From Myxococcota bacterium (lineage in GTDB: Bacteria > Myxococcota_A > Polyangia > Polyangiales > Sandaracinaceae): a stretch of 41,560 bases of DNA. The DNA lies in the NCBI GenBank assembly GCA_036149055.1, contig JAYZQJ010000195.1:1-41560 (forward strand), read 5' to 3'. Under the pieces are notes generated by a model. It was given only the letters and a program-made list of their open reading frames with translations, did not search any database and was not told where the DNA came from. Below, one piece after another: positions 27,979 through 39,649 of this stretch. The translations under genes and the position numbers were made by a program. How positions within the stretch are numbered: position 1 is the first letter of the stretch; the number at the start of each line of letters is the position of its first letter.

Positions 27979-28872
27979 ATGACGCTTCGCCGACTGTTGC
28001 CCGCGCTCGCCCTGCTCACCTTCGCGCCGCTCGCCCACGCCCAGGGTCACGGCGGCGTCGCCCGCTCGGGCATGGGGCAAGGCGAGGCGCGGATCTCGTC
28101 GCGCTCGGACGTGCGGCTCTCGATGGAGAGCATGCCGGGCACCAGCGGCGCGGCGGTCGGCGCCCTCGGCCAGCGAGTCGGGCAGCGCATGGCGCAGATC
28201 CGGGGCTGCTACGAGACGGTCGTCGAGGAGAACCCCACCGTCGTGGGCACGCTGCGGCTTCGGGTGCTGCTCGAGGGGCGTGGGCGCCCGACCGTCGAGG
28301 TCGATCGTGACGGCGTGAACGACGCCGGCCTCGTCCGCTGCATCACGCGGGAGCTGACGCAGATCGACCACGACGGTCTGCGCCGCCCCACCCGCGCGGT
28401 CGTGCAGCTCGAGATGGGCAACACCGCGGCCGCGGGCGCGGAGCGAGCGGCGGCGCGCGCCCAGGAAGCGGCGCAGGTGACGATCCAGATCGACGCGGAC
28501 GGCAACGCGACCAGCTCGGGCGGCAGCGACGACCGCGGCGTGCGCTTCACCGTCATCGGCGACGGCCGGGAGTCCGCCCCCGTCGTCCAGTCGGCCCACC
28601 GCTCGCTGCTCACGGTCCTCCCGGGCCTGATGGACTGTCGCCGCCGCGCCGGCCGCCGCGGCCAGTCCCCCGAAGGCGAGCTCGCGGTGACCCTCCTCCT
28701 GCGCGACGGCCGCGTCCCGAGCGCCCGCGTGGGCCGGAGCACCGTGGAGAGCGAGCGAGCCCGAGGCTGCGTCTCGAGAGTCCTCCGCCGTTTCCAGCAG
28801 CGCGCCGAGGCCTCGGGCCGCGTCCGCGTCCGCATCGCGTTCGCCGAGGCTCAGGAGGTCGAGACCGACTGA
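27979..28872 (+). CDS. Secreted protein with two AgmX/PglI C-terminal (TonB_C-like) domains
   Basis: Signal peptide; IRGCYETVVEENPTVVGTLRLRV...LVRCITREL and LMDCRRRA...EGELAVTL...RGCVSRVLRR (paired Cys pattern twice). Confidence 0.8.
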   Translation: MTLRRLLPALALLTFAPLAHAQGHGGVARSGMGQGEARISSRSDVRLSMESMPGTSGAAVGALGQRVGQRMAQIRGCYETVVEENPTVVGTLRLRVLLEGRGRPTVEVDRDGVNDAGLVRCITRELTQIDHDGLRRPTRAVVQLEMGNTAAAGAERAAARAQEAAQVTIQIDADGNATSSGGSDDRGVRFTVIGDGRESAPVVQSAHRSLLTVLPGLMDCRRRAGRRGQSPEGELAVTLLLRDGRVPSARVGRSTVESERARGCVSRVLRRFQQRAEASGRVRVRIAFAEAQEVETD

Positions 28873-29106
28873 TCCGCTCGCAGCGGAGGGCTGCACTCCC
28901 CTGGGCCGGGTACAGGTCGTAATTCGCACGGCGGGCGTGCCGCCGAGGGCGGTCGAGGACTCGCTTGGGACCGAGGCGGCGCGCGCAGAGGCTGGCGAGG
29001 CGTGGATCGCGGCGCTCTCGAGCGTCGCGCGCGGATGGGCCCACCCGAACGGCCGCGACGGACGCACCGGTGCGCGGCTCGAGCCGTCATCGAGCCGCGC
29101 GAGAGC

Positions 29107-30351
29107 CTAGTTGTCGGTGGTTGGGTCCGGAGGCTCGTCGTCTGGGCGCTCGTCGCGCGTGGCTCGGGTGCGCGGAGTCGTGGGTCGAGCTCGCTCGGCC
29201 GACCTCAGCGTCACGACCTTCTTCGGACGGCCAGCTTCGCCTCTCGCGTCCAGCGAGTCGCGACGGTCGACGGTCACCCCTTCCGTCGCGAGCAGGCGCG
29301 TCGCCAGGTCGTCGGCGAGCGCGTCCTCGTCGACGGTCCGGGCCGCCTCCCGCAAGGCGCTCGCGATCTTCTCTCGCGCCTCCGGGCTGAGCAGCTCGGG
29401 CACGTCGTCGAAGGTCTCCCACACCGACAGGACCGCGTCCTCGGCCGGCGCCTCCACCCGCGCGCCGTGCTGCACCGCCATCAGGTACGTGCCCGCGGGG
29501 AACTTCACGTCCTCTCCCGCGAGCCGCCTCTTCCGCGCCGCCTCGTGCGCTTCCCCGAAGGCGGCCTCCTCCCGCGCGCACAGCTCCTCGAGCTCGTCGT
29601 CGTCCACCACCATGTACGTCGGGGGACGCCCGCTCCGCTCCTTCCGGGGCGCGGCCGGCTCCGACCACGGGTGCTGCGCCAGGATGCGCGCCGCCCCCAG
29701 CACCGGTCGGGTCCGGGCCTGCGCGTAGGTGCGCTCCGCGTCGGCGCGCGCCTTGCGCAACAGGTAGATCGCCCGCTCGGTGCCGATCAGCCGCTTCAGC
29801 CCCGGCGTCACGCCGAAGCGCAGCTCCGACGACACCGGCCAGAGGCGCTCGTTCAGCCCGAAGGGCGGCCGCGCCAGCGTCTTCGACGCGCCCGCCATCA
29901 TGCCCGGATCGCTGCTGAACCCCGGATAGTGCTCCACCTTCTCGACGAGCCCGTCCTTGACGACCTGGATGTCCGCGTAGTGCAGGAACCTCAGCTGCGC
30001 CGCCGCGTTGACCAGCCGCATCTGATGACTCCGGTCGTCGCCGAACACCCGGTCGGGCGCCTCGAAGCCGTGTCTGACCAGGGCCTTCTTCACGAACTTG
30101 CCGACGTGCCCATGGAACACGCGCTTGAACGTCGGCAGGTTCATGATCGTCACCGTGACCACGACGTGGATGTGGTTCGGCTCGATCGTGACGTGGTGCA
30201 GGATGGCGCCCGTCCTCCGCACCGCCTCCGCCAGGAAGTACAGGATCCAGGCGTGCAGCTGCGCGACGAACGGCGTGAGCAGCAGCTTGCGATACGCGCA
30301 ACGTACGGTGACGGCATACGTGGCCGCCGCCTGGATCTTCGCCCCCGACAC
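29107..30351 (-). mobile_element. HUH/Y1 tyrosine transposase-like protein (REP-associated tyrosine transposase, RAYT-like)
   Basis: TYAVTVRC, HHVTIEPNHIHVVVT (HUH), LHYADIQVVKDGLVE...YPG, C-terminal FPAGTY; start inferred at GTG 30351. Confidence 0.8.
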
Positions 30352-30515
30352 GAGGGTCCCACAGCAAGTCAAGATTCGATCCACCCCGACGGCCGGCGAG
30401 AACCGGCGCGTTTCGACCCCTCGCAGGGTGGCGGCCGCCACCCCTCCGCCGGCGGCCCGCCACCTCCGTCCACCGGGCGCGCGCCTCCACTCGCACCGCG
30501 CTAGTCTCCGGCGTC

Positions 30516-31973
30516 TTGCTGGATCGCCGCGCGCTCTGGTCGCTCCCCGTGCTCCTCGGGCTCTCCCTGGGAGCGGCGCACCTGCTCTCGCGCGCCGAGC
30601 CGCCGACGCCGCCCCCCTCCGCTCCGGCTCCTCCCCGCCCTCCTCCGACCGGCCCCATCCGCTGGATCGTCGCCGGCGGCGGCGCGAGCCCCGAGGTCTC
30701 CCAGGTGCAGATCGAGCAGGACCTCGCCCAGGCCACGCGTCGCCTCGAGGAGACGGGCCCCGGCATGCTGCTCTTCGCGGGCGGCCCGGGCTCGCAGGCG
30801 GTGCAGGTGCTGGATCGCGACGCGCCCCCGGCCGACCTGCGCGACCGACTGGGCACGCTGCTGGACCCGCGCGGGAGCCGCGACACCCGCTACCGCGCGA
30901 GCACCCTGGATCCCGACGGCGCCGGCTCGGCCGAGGCGATCGTCAGCGCCCTCGAGGGCGCCGTGCTCGCCGACGAGTCCCCCCTCCTCGTCTACCTCGC
31001 GGGCCACGGGCTCGGCGGCGAGGAGCCCCGCGACAGCCGCCTGCTCACCTGGGGCGCGGGCGATCTGTGGGTCGAGGATCTCGCGGCGGTGCTCGACGCG
31101 GCCCCGCACCACCGCCCGGTCCGCCTGGTGGTCACCTCCTGCTACGCGGGCGGCTTCGCCGATCTCGCGTTCACGGGCGCCGATCTCGAGCAGGGCCCCG
31201 CCGAGAGCGACCGCTGCGGCTTCTTCGCGACCACCTGGGACCGGGTCGCGTCGGGCTGCGATCCGGATCCGGACCGCGGCGCGCAGGAGGGATACGGCAT
31301 CCTCTTCCTCGAGGCGCTCGGCGGGGCGGCCGAGGACCTCGACGGCGACGGCCGGCTCTCCCTCCTCGAGGCTCACAGCCACGCGCGCATGCGCGCCGGC
31401 TCCTTCGACGTGCCCGTCACCACGTCCGAGGTCTTCCTCCGCGCCGCGGTCGATCCCGACGAGGCCCCCGAGGACGCGCCGCCGCCCCCCATGCCGGAGG
31501 AGCGCGCCGTCGTCGCCGCCCTGCGCGAGCGCCTCGACGTCGCCTCGTGGGAGGCCGCCCGGGCTCGGCTGACCGCGCTCCAGCACCAGCTCGAGGAGGG
31601 CGCCGAGCAGCTCGACGAGCTCGAGCGGGAGCGCGAGGCGGCGCGCGAGGACCTGGTCGGCGCGCTGCTGCATCGCTGGCCGGCGCTCGAGGATCCCTGG
31701 CGCCGCGACTTCGCGCCCACGCTCGAGCTGGAGGCGGACGCGATCGCGCGCTTCCTCGACGAGTCCGGCGACGCCGCTCGCCTCGCCGACGTCGACGCCC
31801 GCCTCGCTCCGGTCGCCGAGCGACACGACGCCCTCCTCGTCCGCATGGCCCCACTCGAGAACCTGCTCCGCGCCGAGGAGACCCTCGCCCTCGCCGGCCA
31901 GCTCCGCGCCGAAGGCGGGCCCCACTGGCTGCGCTACCAGCGCTTCCTCGCCTGCGAGCGGGGGCTGCCCTGA
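30516..31973 (+). CDS. Membrane-anchored/secreted caspase-fold (clan CD, C13/C14-like) peptidase with C-terminal coiled coil
   Basis: LLVYLAGHG and LVVTSCYAGGF (His-Cys dyad); EF-hand-like DLDGDGRLSLLE; N-terminal hydrophobic segment. Confidence 0.8.
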   Translation: MLDRRALWSLPVLLGLSLGAAHLLSRAEPPTPPPSAPAPPRPPPTGPIRWIVAGGGASPEVSQVQIEQDLAQATRRLEETGPGMLLFAGGPGSQAVQVLDRDAPPADLRDRLGTLLDPRGSRDTRYRASTLDPDGAGSAEAIVSALEGAVLADESPLLVYLAGHGLGGEEPRDSRLLTWGAGDLWVEDLAAVLDAAPHHRPVRLVVTSCYAGGFADLAFTGADLEQGPAESDRCGFFATTWDRVASGCDPDPDRGAQEGYGILFLEALGGAAEDLDGDGRLSLLEAHSHARMRAGSFDVPVTTSEVFLRAAVDPDEAPEDAPPPPMPEERAVVAALRERLDVASWEAARARLTALQHQLEEGAEQLDELEREREAAREDLVGALLHRWPALEDPWRRDFAPTLELEADAIARFLDESGDAARLADVDARLAPVAERHDALLVRMAPLENLLRAEETLALAGQLRAEGGPHWLRYQRFLACERGLP

Positions 31974-32023
31974 CCGGGAGCCGGAATTTGACCGATCCGG
32001 GCCCCCTGCTCATGGTGAGGGGG

Positions 32024-33379
32024 ATGTCCCCCCGCCTTGGCTTCGCCCTCCTGATCGCCCTCGGTCTGACCGGGGGCGTGGCGGCGGCCCAGCCGTCTCT
32101 CCAGGGCGGCGTGCAGCGCGATCCGGGCGCCCAGGCCGCGCTCGAGATGCCCCGGACCGAGGCCGCGCCCGCCCCCACCGAGGCGCCGGACGAGGACGAG
32201 GTCTTCGGCCGCGAGATGGACTTCTACGACCCGAGCGGTCACGCCCTCCGGTCGTTCCACGACGCCCTCCGCGCCACCCAGTCCGACGAGGATCCGCGCA
32301 AGGCCCGGGTGCTGGTCTACGGCGCGTCCCACGTCGCCGCCGACTTCTTCACCCACGTGCTGCGCGAGCAGCTCCAGCAGCGCTTCGGCGACGCCGGACA
32401 CGGCTTCCTCATGCCCGCCCGCCCGTGGCGGCGCTACCGGCACCTCGGCGGGCTGAGCGTCGAGAGCAACCGGCCCTGGGACGCGCTCCGGGTGCGCGCC
32501 TCGACCCGCGACGTCGACCACCTCGGGGTCGCGGGCCTCGCCGTCGAGTCCGACGACCGCCGCGCCTTCGGCCGCATCGACACCGGCGATCAGGTCGCGA
32601 GCCAGTTCGCCATCATGTACCTGGAGCAGCCGGGCGGCGGCTCCTTCGACGTCCGCCTCGACGGGCGCCGGGTCGCGCGCGTCGCCACCGCCTCCGAGGA
32701 GATCGGCGCGGGCTGGCGCCTCGTGACCGCCGCCGAGGCCCGCCACGTGCTCGAGATTCGCCCCCGCGGCGACGGCCCCGTGCGCCTCTTCGGCGTCTCG
32801 GTCGAGCGGGAGCAGCCCGGCGTCATCGTCGACAACCTCGGCATCAACGGCGCGCGCGCCGTCTCCCACCTCTACTGGAACCCCGAGCTCCACACCGAGT
32901 ACCTGCGCCGGCTGTCCCCCGACCTCGTCGTCCTGGCCTACGGGACCAACGAGAGCGGCGACGACGGCCACCCCATCGAGACCTACGAGGAGGAGCTCCG
33001 CGCGGTTGTCGGTCGGGTCCGCGGGGCGGTGCCCCAGGCCGCCTGCATGCTGATCGGCCCGAGCGATCGGCCGATGCGGGGCGAGGAGGGCGAGCCGGTG
33101 GATCGGCCGCGCACCCACCAGGTGGTCGAGGTGCAGCGCCGGGTCTCCCGCGACATGGGCTGCGCGTTCTTCGACCTGGTCGCCTTCGGCGGCGGCCCGC
33201 TCTCGATGGTGCGCTGGGCGGAGGCGGATCCGCCCTACGCCCAGCGGGATCACGTGCACTACACCGGCCGCGGCTACCTCCGCCTCGGCGAGGTGCTGCA
33301 CGACGCGATGCTCGAGGGCTTCGACGAGACGCCGCGCTTCGACCCGCCGGCCGCGGTCGCCGCCGGCCCGCGCCCCTGA
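32024..33379 (+). CDS. Secreted SGNH/GDSL family protein (PatB-like O-acetyltransferase/esterase)
   Basis: Signal peptide; blocks YGASH, LGINGA, YGTNE, DHVH. Confidence 0.85.
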   Translation: MSPRLGFALLIALGLTGGVAAAQPSLQGGVQRDPGAQAALEMPRTEAAPAPTEAPDEDEVFGREMDFYDPSGHALRSFHDALRATQSDEDPRKARVLVYGASHVAADFFTHVLREQLQQRFGDAGHGFLMPARPWRRYRHLGGLSVESNRPWDALRVRASTRDVDHLGVAGLAVESDDRRAFGRIDTGDQVASQFAIMYLEQPGGGSFDVRLDGRRVARVATASEEIGAGWRLVTAAEARHVLEIRPRGDGPVRLFGVSVEREQPGVIVDNLGINGARAVSHLYWNPELHTEYLRRLSPDLVVLAYGTNESGDDGHPIETYEEELRAVVGRVRGAVPQAACMLIGPSDRPMRGEEGEPVDRPRTHQVVEVQRRVSRDMGCAFFDLVAFGGGPLSMVRWAEADPPYAQRDHVHYTGRGYLRLGEVLHDAMLEGFDETPRFDPPAAVAAGPRP

Positions 33380-33437
33380 TCTGTCCACCGCCTCGACTTC
33401 GCGGTAGGGTGCCCCCTTCGAAAGCTTGGAGGGGCGC

Positions 33438-34256
33438 ATGGCGCAGTTCGAAATCATCGAGTTCGAAGGTCAGAAGATGGTCAAGGCGACCATCCAGAAC
33501 GAGACCATTCGCGCGGAGTCCGGCGCGCTGCACTACATGTTCGGCCAGATCGAGATGAGCTCGAAGGCGCCGAGCGCCGGCGGCTTCCTCAAGTCGATGG
33601 TCAGCGGCGAGAACGTGTTCAAGCCGACCTACAGCGGCGCCGGCGAGATCTACTTCGGCCCGCCGATCTTCGGCGAGTACTTCATCCTCCAGCTCAACAA
33701 CGAGGAGTGGATCCTCGACCAGGGCGCGTACGTCTGCAGCGACGTGGGGGTCGAGGTCGACGTCTTCCGCAACAAGGCGCTGACCGGCCTGATGGGCGGC
33801 GAGGGCCTCTTCCAGACCAAGGTGAAGGGCACCGGCACCGTGGTGCTGATCGCGCCCGGCAAGGTGCAGACCTACCACCTCCAGGGGCACACGCTCAGCG
33901 TGGACGGCAGCTTCGCCATCGCCCGGACCGCCGGCCTCGACTACTCGCTCAAGCGCGCGAGCAAGTCCCTGGTCGGCTCGTTCACCTCGGGCGAGGGCCT
34001 GCTCAACGTCTTCAGCGGGACCGGCACGGTGCTCCTCGCGCCGGTGCCCAACCTCTACCAGAACCTCATCGATCAGAGCCGCTACATCCCGCAGGCCGCG
34101 GCCGGCGGAGGCGCGGCGGCCGGAGGCGGCGCGGTCGGCGCGCTCGTCGGTCGCTTCGCGGGTGGCGGCATCGGCCGGATCGTCGGCCTCGCGGTGACGG
34201 TGCTCTTCTGCATCGTCGCGATCGTCTGCTCCGGCATCATGCAGGCGATGCAGTAG
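33438..34256 (+). CDS. AIM24 (DUF124) family protein with Gly-rich linker and C-terminal TM helix
   Basis: IRAESGAL, SGENVF, GGEGLFQTKVKGTG, SGEGLLNVFSGTGTVLLAP; GGAGG RBS before ATG 33438. Confidence 0.9.
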   Translation: MAQFEIIEFEGQKMVKATIQNETIRAESGALHYMFGQIEMSSKAPSAGGFLKSMVSGENVFKPTYSGAGEIYFGPPIFGEYFILQLNNEEWILDQGAYVCSDVGVEVDVFRNKALTGLMGGEGLFQTKVKGTGTVVLIAPGKVQTYHLQGHTLSVDGSFAIARTAGLDYSLKRASKSLVGSFTSGEGLLNVFSGTGTVLLAPVPNLYQNLIDQSRYIPQAAAGGGAAAGGGAVGALVGRFAGGGIGRIVGLAVTVLFCIVAIVCSGIMQAMQ

Positions 34257-35295
34257 CTCGCCAGAGCGGCGAGCGGTCCCGCTGCGCCCGGACGGCGCGG
34301 GCGAGGATCGCCGCCGCCTCGTCGACCTCGTCCTCGGTGGTGGTCACGCCCACCCCGAGCCGGATCGACGCGCGGGCGCGCTCCTCGTCGAGCCCCATCG
34401 CGAGCAGCACGTGGCTCGGCCCGGCGCCGGCCGACGCGCACGCCGCGCCGGTCGAGATCGCGAGCCGATCGCCGACGTCTCGCGCCAGCCGCTCCGCGTC
34501 GACCAGGCGGAGGTGCACGTGGAGGTTGCCGGGGTGCCGCGCGGCGAGCGGCGGTCCGTTGAGATCGAGCTCCGGGATCGTCTCGAGGAGCCGCTCCCAG
34601 AGCCGGTCGCGCAGCCCGCGCAGCCGCTCGGCGCGCGCCGACCTTTCCGTGAGCGCGAGCGCCGCCGCCGCCTCCAGACCGACCATCCACGCCTCGTCGA
34701 GCGCGCCCTCGCGCCGGCGCGGGGTCCGGCTCCAGAGCGCTCCGATCCCCTGCGGCCCGCCGAGCTTGTGCGCCGAGAGGCTCACCGCGGAGAGGCCGAT
34801 TCGATCTGCCTCGATCGGGAGCAGCCCCGCGGACTGCGTGACGTCGGAGTGGAGCGGGGTCCCCGCCTCGGCCGCGACGGCGGCGAGCGCGGCCAGGTCC
34901 TGGACGACGCCGACCTCGTTGTTCGCGTGCTGAATGGAGACCCAGGCGGCCGGCTCGCGCAGCGCGCTGCGCAGCGCGTCGGGATCGATCCGCCCCTGGC
35001 CGTCCACCGGCAGCCGGATCACGCGCGATCCGCCCGCGCGGTAGAGCGAGGCGTGCTCGACCGCGGTGGTGATCACGCGCCCGCCTCCCTGCAGGGCCAG
35101 CCGGTTCGCCTCGGTCGCCCCGCTCGTCCAGCACACCCCGCCACTCGCCGCGCCGATCAACGCGCTCACCGCGGCCCCCTCCGGAGGCGGCGGCCACCCT
35201 CCGGCCTGCGCGGTGGTGAGGGCGCGCAGCATCACCTCCGACACCCGTGGATCGAGCGGCGTGGTCGCGTGGTGATCGAGGTAGATGCGGCGCAT
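34237..35295 (-). CDS. Cysteine desulfurase, IscS/NifS (group I)-like, shortened
   Basis: IYLDHHATTP, TSGATEAN, EHAS, ANNEVG, HSDVTQ, SAHKLGGPQGIGAL, STGAACAS, PSHVLLAMG. Confidence 0.9.
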   Translation of the reverse strand: MRRIYLDHHATTPLDPRVSEVMLRALTTAQAGGWPPPPEGAAVSALIGAASGGVCWTSGATEANRLALQGGGRVITTAVEHASLYRAGGSRVIRLPVDGQGRIDPDALRSALREPAAWVSIQHANNEVGVVQDLAALAAVAAEAGTPLHSDVTQSAGLLPIEADRIGLSAVSLSAHKLGGPQGIGALWSRTPRRREGALDEAWMVGLEAAAALALTERSARAERLRGLRDRLWERLLETIPELDLNGPPLAARHPGNLHVHLRLVDAERLARDVGDRLAISTGAACASAGAGPSHVLLAMGLDEERARASIRLGVGVTTTEDEVDEAAAILARAVRAQRDRSPLWRATASPA

Positions 35296-35440
35296 TCAAT
35301 CCTGAAACGGCGAGCGGCGGCGTCCTTTCAGCCGTGAAAGAGGACGCGTCTGTATGGACATTGATCCAGGGAAGACGTCCCCGTCCAGTCCTCCGGTACA
35401 CAGTCTGCAAGGCCGGCGCCGCGGTGCAGATGGGATGGGT

Positions 35441-36109
35441 ATGGATGAGCAGTCCGGCTACATGAAGCAGCGGGGGAGCGAGCGACCGCCCTTCATGAGC
35501 GGTCGGCTCGACGACGTCGCCCTGCCGGAGCTGGTGCAGATGCTGGCGTCGGGGGGTCACACGTCCCGCATCGAGCTGACGGCCACCGACGGCCGGCGAG
35601 GCTCGGTCACGATCGAGAAGGGCACCGTCGGTCGGTGCCGCTTCGGCGATCTGATGGCCGAAGACGCGTTCTACGCGCTCTGTCGGATCGGCGGCCGCTT
35701 CGCGGTCTACCGGACCGACCCGGAGGCCCTGCAGCGCTCGACCGTCGCCCGCGGCTGGCAGGAGCTCCTCCTCGAGGCGGCGCGGCTCGAGGACGAGGAG
35801 CGTCGCGACAGCAACGTCTACCCCTTCCCCACCCCCGAGCGCGAGCCGTCCGAGCCCTCGCTCGGCGTGCTCGACGCGCTCGCCCCCTCGGAGCCGCCGC
35901 CGCCCCTGCCGGCCACCGACGTCCACACCGTGCCGCCCCCGCCGGACGACGGCTTCGACGCCCTCTTCGCCGAGGCCACGCGCTGCTACCTCCGGCGCGA
36001 CCTCGAGCAGGCGGAAGATCTGTTCACGCGCTGCGCCGCCATTCGACCGAACGACCGGCGCGTGCGAGCCAACCTCAAGCGCCTCGCCGAGAAGAAGGGA
36101 CGCCGATGA
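35441..36109 (+). CDS. DUF4388 (PATAN-like) domain protein with Pro-rich linker and C-terminal TPR-like helix pair
   Basis: [28 protein letters not shown]...GSVTIEKG...AEDAFYAL...GRF...[12 protein letters not shown]; start uncertain (35354-35495). Confidence 0.85.
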   Translation: MDEQSGYMKQRGSERPPFMSGRLDDVALPELVQMLASGGHTSRIELTATDGRRGSVTIEKGTVGRCRFGDLMAEDAFYALCRIGGRFAVYRTDPEALQRSTVARGWQELLLEAARLEDEERRDSNVYPFPTPEREPSEPSLGVLDALAPSEPPPPLPATDVHTVPPPPDDGFDALFAEATRCYLRRDLEQAEDLFTRCAAIRPNDRRVRANLKRLAEKKGRR

Positions 36110-36912
36110 CGTCCATCGCCATCGCGAGTCAGAAGGGTGGCGTCGGCAAGACGACGCTGGCCCTCAACCTCGCCCTGTCCTTCGCCCAGAAGGGCTACCG
36201 CACGCTCCTGGTCGACCTCGATCCGCAGGGATCGATCGGCCTCTCCCTCGCCGGCCGCCCGAAGGACGCCGAGGGGGTCTACGAGCTCATCCAGCGCCGC
36301 GACGCGATCGGCCGCTACGTCATGGAGACGAAGCTGCCGAAGCTCTCGCTCCTGCCGTTCGGTCAGCCGGACCTGGAGTACCTCGGGGCCTGGATGCACC
36401 AGGCCAGCGGCGATCGGGCGCTCGAGGCGCTCGTCCGGGAGCTCGAGCGGCACTTCGAGATCGTGCTCCTCGACTGCCCGCCCGGCACCCACGGCTGGGC
36501 CCGCGACGCGGTGGCCTCGGCCTCGCACGTGGTCTCGCCCCTGCAGAGCGATCCGCTCGCGCTCCGGTCGCTGCCGCAGCTGGTGGAGACGCTGGGGCTG
36601 CTCCGCGCGAAGGGCGCGCGGGCCGAGCTGGCCGCGGTGGTGCTCACGATGACGCGCTTCCGCGACGCGGTCGCCGCCTCGGTCGCGCAGGAGGCCTGGA
36701 GCCTGCTGCCGGCCGAGCTGGTGCTGGACACGCACGTCCCGCGGGACCGCGTGTTCGCCGAGGCGAGCGCGAAGGGCGTGCCGCTCGGCATGCTGCGCCG
36801 CCGCCCGCCGCCCGCCGCGGCGGTGTTCGATCACCTGGTGACCGAGCTCGAGCCCCGGCTCGGGCTGACGCAACTGGTCGAGGACGATGAGCCCATCCAT
36901 CTCGTGGATTGA
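36106..36912 (+). CDS. ParA/MinD family ATPase (orphan, no parB adjacent)
   Basis: [10 protein letters not shown] deviant Walker A, VDLDPQG, LLDCPPG; ATGA overlap with the upstream gene. Confidence 0.93.
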   Translation: MTSIAIASQKGGVGKTTLALNLALSFAQKGYRTLLVDLDPQGSIGLSLAGRPKDAEGVYELIQRRDAIGRYVMETKLPKLSLLPFGQPDLEYLGAWMHQASGDRALEALVRELERHFEIVLLDCPPGTHGWARDAVASASHVVSPLQSDPLALRSLPQLVETLGLLRAKGARAELAAVVLTMTRFRDAVAASVAQEAWSLLPAELVLDTHVPRDRVFAEASAKGVPLGMLRRRPPPAAAVFDHLVTELEPRLGLTQLVEDDEPIHLVD

Positions 36913-37480
36913 TCGGGAGAGCTTCGCCTCCCTCGTCCGGCGCATGCAGACGCCGGCGGAGCGCGCGCCGAAGGCCTCCGCGCCGCCCGCGCCTCCGCCC
37001 CCCGCGGCCCTGCCCTCCGCGGCCGTGCCCGCCGCGGCGTCGCCGAGCGTGCGCGTGCCGCGGCCGTCCGCGCCGGCGCCCACCCTCACGCCGTTCGTGG
37101 CCCCGGCGGGCTCGATCGACGAGCGCGCCGCGGCGCTGCTCGAGTGGATGGGTGAGCAGCTGCCCGGCGACGTCGCCTTCGTGACCGACGAGCACGGCCT
37201 CGCGGTCGTGGAGCGCAACGCCAACGTCGAGCTGCTCGCCACGAGCGCGGCCCTGATGCGGACCGTGCGCGAGCTGCACGACATCTTGCCCACCATCCAG
37301 GATCACATCACCTTGTCCTTGAGCCCGACGCACACGCTCAGCTTCGCGCTGGCCGAGTCGGACTGGGGTCACTTCGGCGCCGGCGTCGTCTCCTCCGGGA
37401 GGCTGGCGGAAGACGCCATGACCGCCCTGACGGCGGCCGTGCGCGACACCTTCGAGAAGAAGAACGGGAGCCCTCGATGA
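36887..37480 (+). CDS. Hypothetical protein with Pro/Ala-rich N-terminus and Roadblock/LC7-like C-terminal domain
   Basis: [13 protein letters not shown]...[15 protein letters not shown] resembles the Roadblock hhhsxDGL plus helix pattern. Confidence 0.65.
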   Translation: MSPSISWIDRESFASLVRRMQTPAERAPKASAPPAPPPPAALPSAAVPAAASPSVRVPRPSAPAPTLTPFVAPAGSIDERAAALLEWMGEQLPGDVAFVTDEHGLAVVERNANVELLATSAALMRTVRELHDILPTIQDHITLSLSPTHTLSFALAESDWGHFGAGVVSSGRLAEDAMTALTAAVRDTFEKKNGSPR

Positions 37481-38055
37481 GCCAGACGACGCTCGAGCGG
37501 GCGGTGGAGGACGTCGGTCCCCTCCGCGCCGTGTTCATCACCGCGATGCCCGACTGCCTCCTCTACGACGCGTGGGAGCGCGCCGAGGACGGCTTCGAGG
37601 TCGAAGAGATCGCGGCCTACTTCGGCGACCTCGTCCGCTCGAACCGGCAGGGCCTGAAGGCCCTCGGCTCGTGGTCGAGCGACATGCAGGTCACGATCGA
37701 GTCGGCGGAGTCGCTGGTCGTGATCCGCGAGATCAACGAGCACTTCGTGTGCGGCTGCGTCTTCGAGCGCAGCGCGCCGCTCGGCATGGTCCGGCTCCAG
37801 ATGAAGCGCATGATCGAGCGCATCGCGGAGATGCTGCCGCAGGTGGAGGCCCAGGAGCGGCCGCGCGGCGTGCGGCTCGTCGAGTTCGTCTCCCGCTACG
37901 CCCCCGACCCGCACGCGGCGCTGATGCGCATCAGCGTCCGGACGGGCCTCACCATGGAGCAGCTCGAGGCGGCCGAGGGGCTCGACGCCGACGCGGTCGA
38001 GCGGCTCGAGAGCGCGACCAAGCGGATCCTGGGTCTCACCCAGCTGAGCGTCTGA
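37477..38055 (+). CDS. Roadblock/LC7 (MglB-like) domain protein with extra C-terminal helical domain
   Basis: LRAVFITAMPDCLL...EEIAAYFGDLVRS...QVTIESAESLVVIREINEHFVCGCVFERSAPLGMVRLQMKR. Confidence 0.7.
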   Translation: MSQTTLERAVEDVGPLRAVFITAMPDCLLYDAWERAEDGFEVEEIAAYFGDLVRSNRQGLKALGSWSSDMQVTIESAESLVVIREINEHFVCGCVFERSAPLGMVRLQMKRMIERIAEMLPQVEAQERPRGVRLVEFVSRYAPDPHAALMRISVRTGLTMEQLEAAEGLDADAVERLESATKRILGLTQLSV

Positions 38056-38066
38056 GGAGCAGCACG

Positions 38067-39328
<1,262 letters not shown>

Positions 39329-39332
<4 letters not shown>

Positions 39333-39649
39333 AGCTGTCGCGGCTCGCGAACTGCACCCGCAACCTCACCTGGGAGACCCGGCTGCCCGAGGACGAGGTG
39401 GTGGAGCCCACGCTCCGTCACCTCGTCGAGCGGGGCGCGTCCCGCGCGCAGCCCCTCCCGCGCCTGACCCGGCTGGAGATCGGCGCGCACGCGCTCGTGG
39501 TGGTCGGCACCCGCGTGCAGATCCGGCTCTCCTACCTGACGCCCGACGAAGAGCGCCGCTACGAGGCGGAGCGGCTCTTCGTGGCGCTGATGGACGCCGT
39601 CCGGGCCGCCGGGCTCACTGGCGCTGGAGATGGTCGGCGAAGCCCTTGA
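39329..39649 (+). CDS. Small hypothetical protein (~106 aa) with N-terminal Cys; apparent homolog of 12769..13062
   Basis: MKLSRLANCTRNLTWETRLP...LPRLTRLEIGAHALVVVGTRVQIRL; ATGA overlap with the V4R-V4R stop. Confidence 0.7.

Noticed and set aside
30098..32023. 1093-aa ORF fusing an upstream region to the SGNH protein
   Set aside because: The upstream part is an off-frame read across the peptidase gene; the signal peptide and RBS place the start at about 32024.
36106..36912. Chromosome or plasmid partition locus
   Set aside because: No parB, parS-like palindrome or replication gene nearby; the ParA is embedded in a signalling-type operon.
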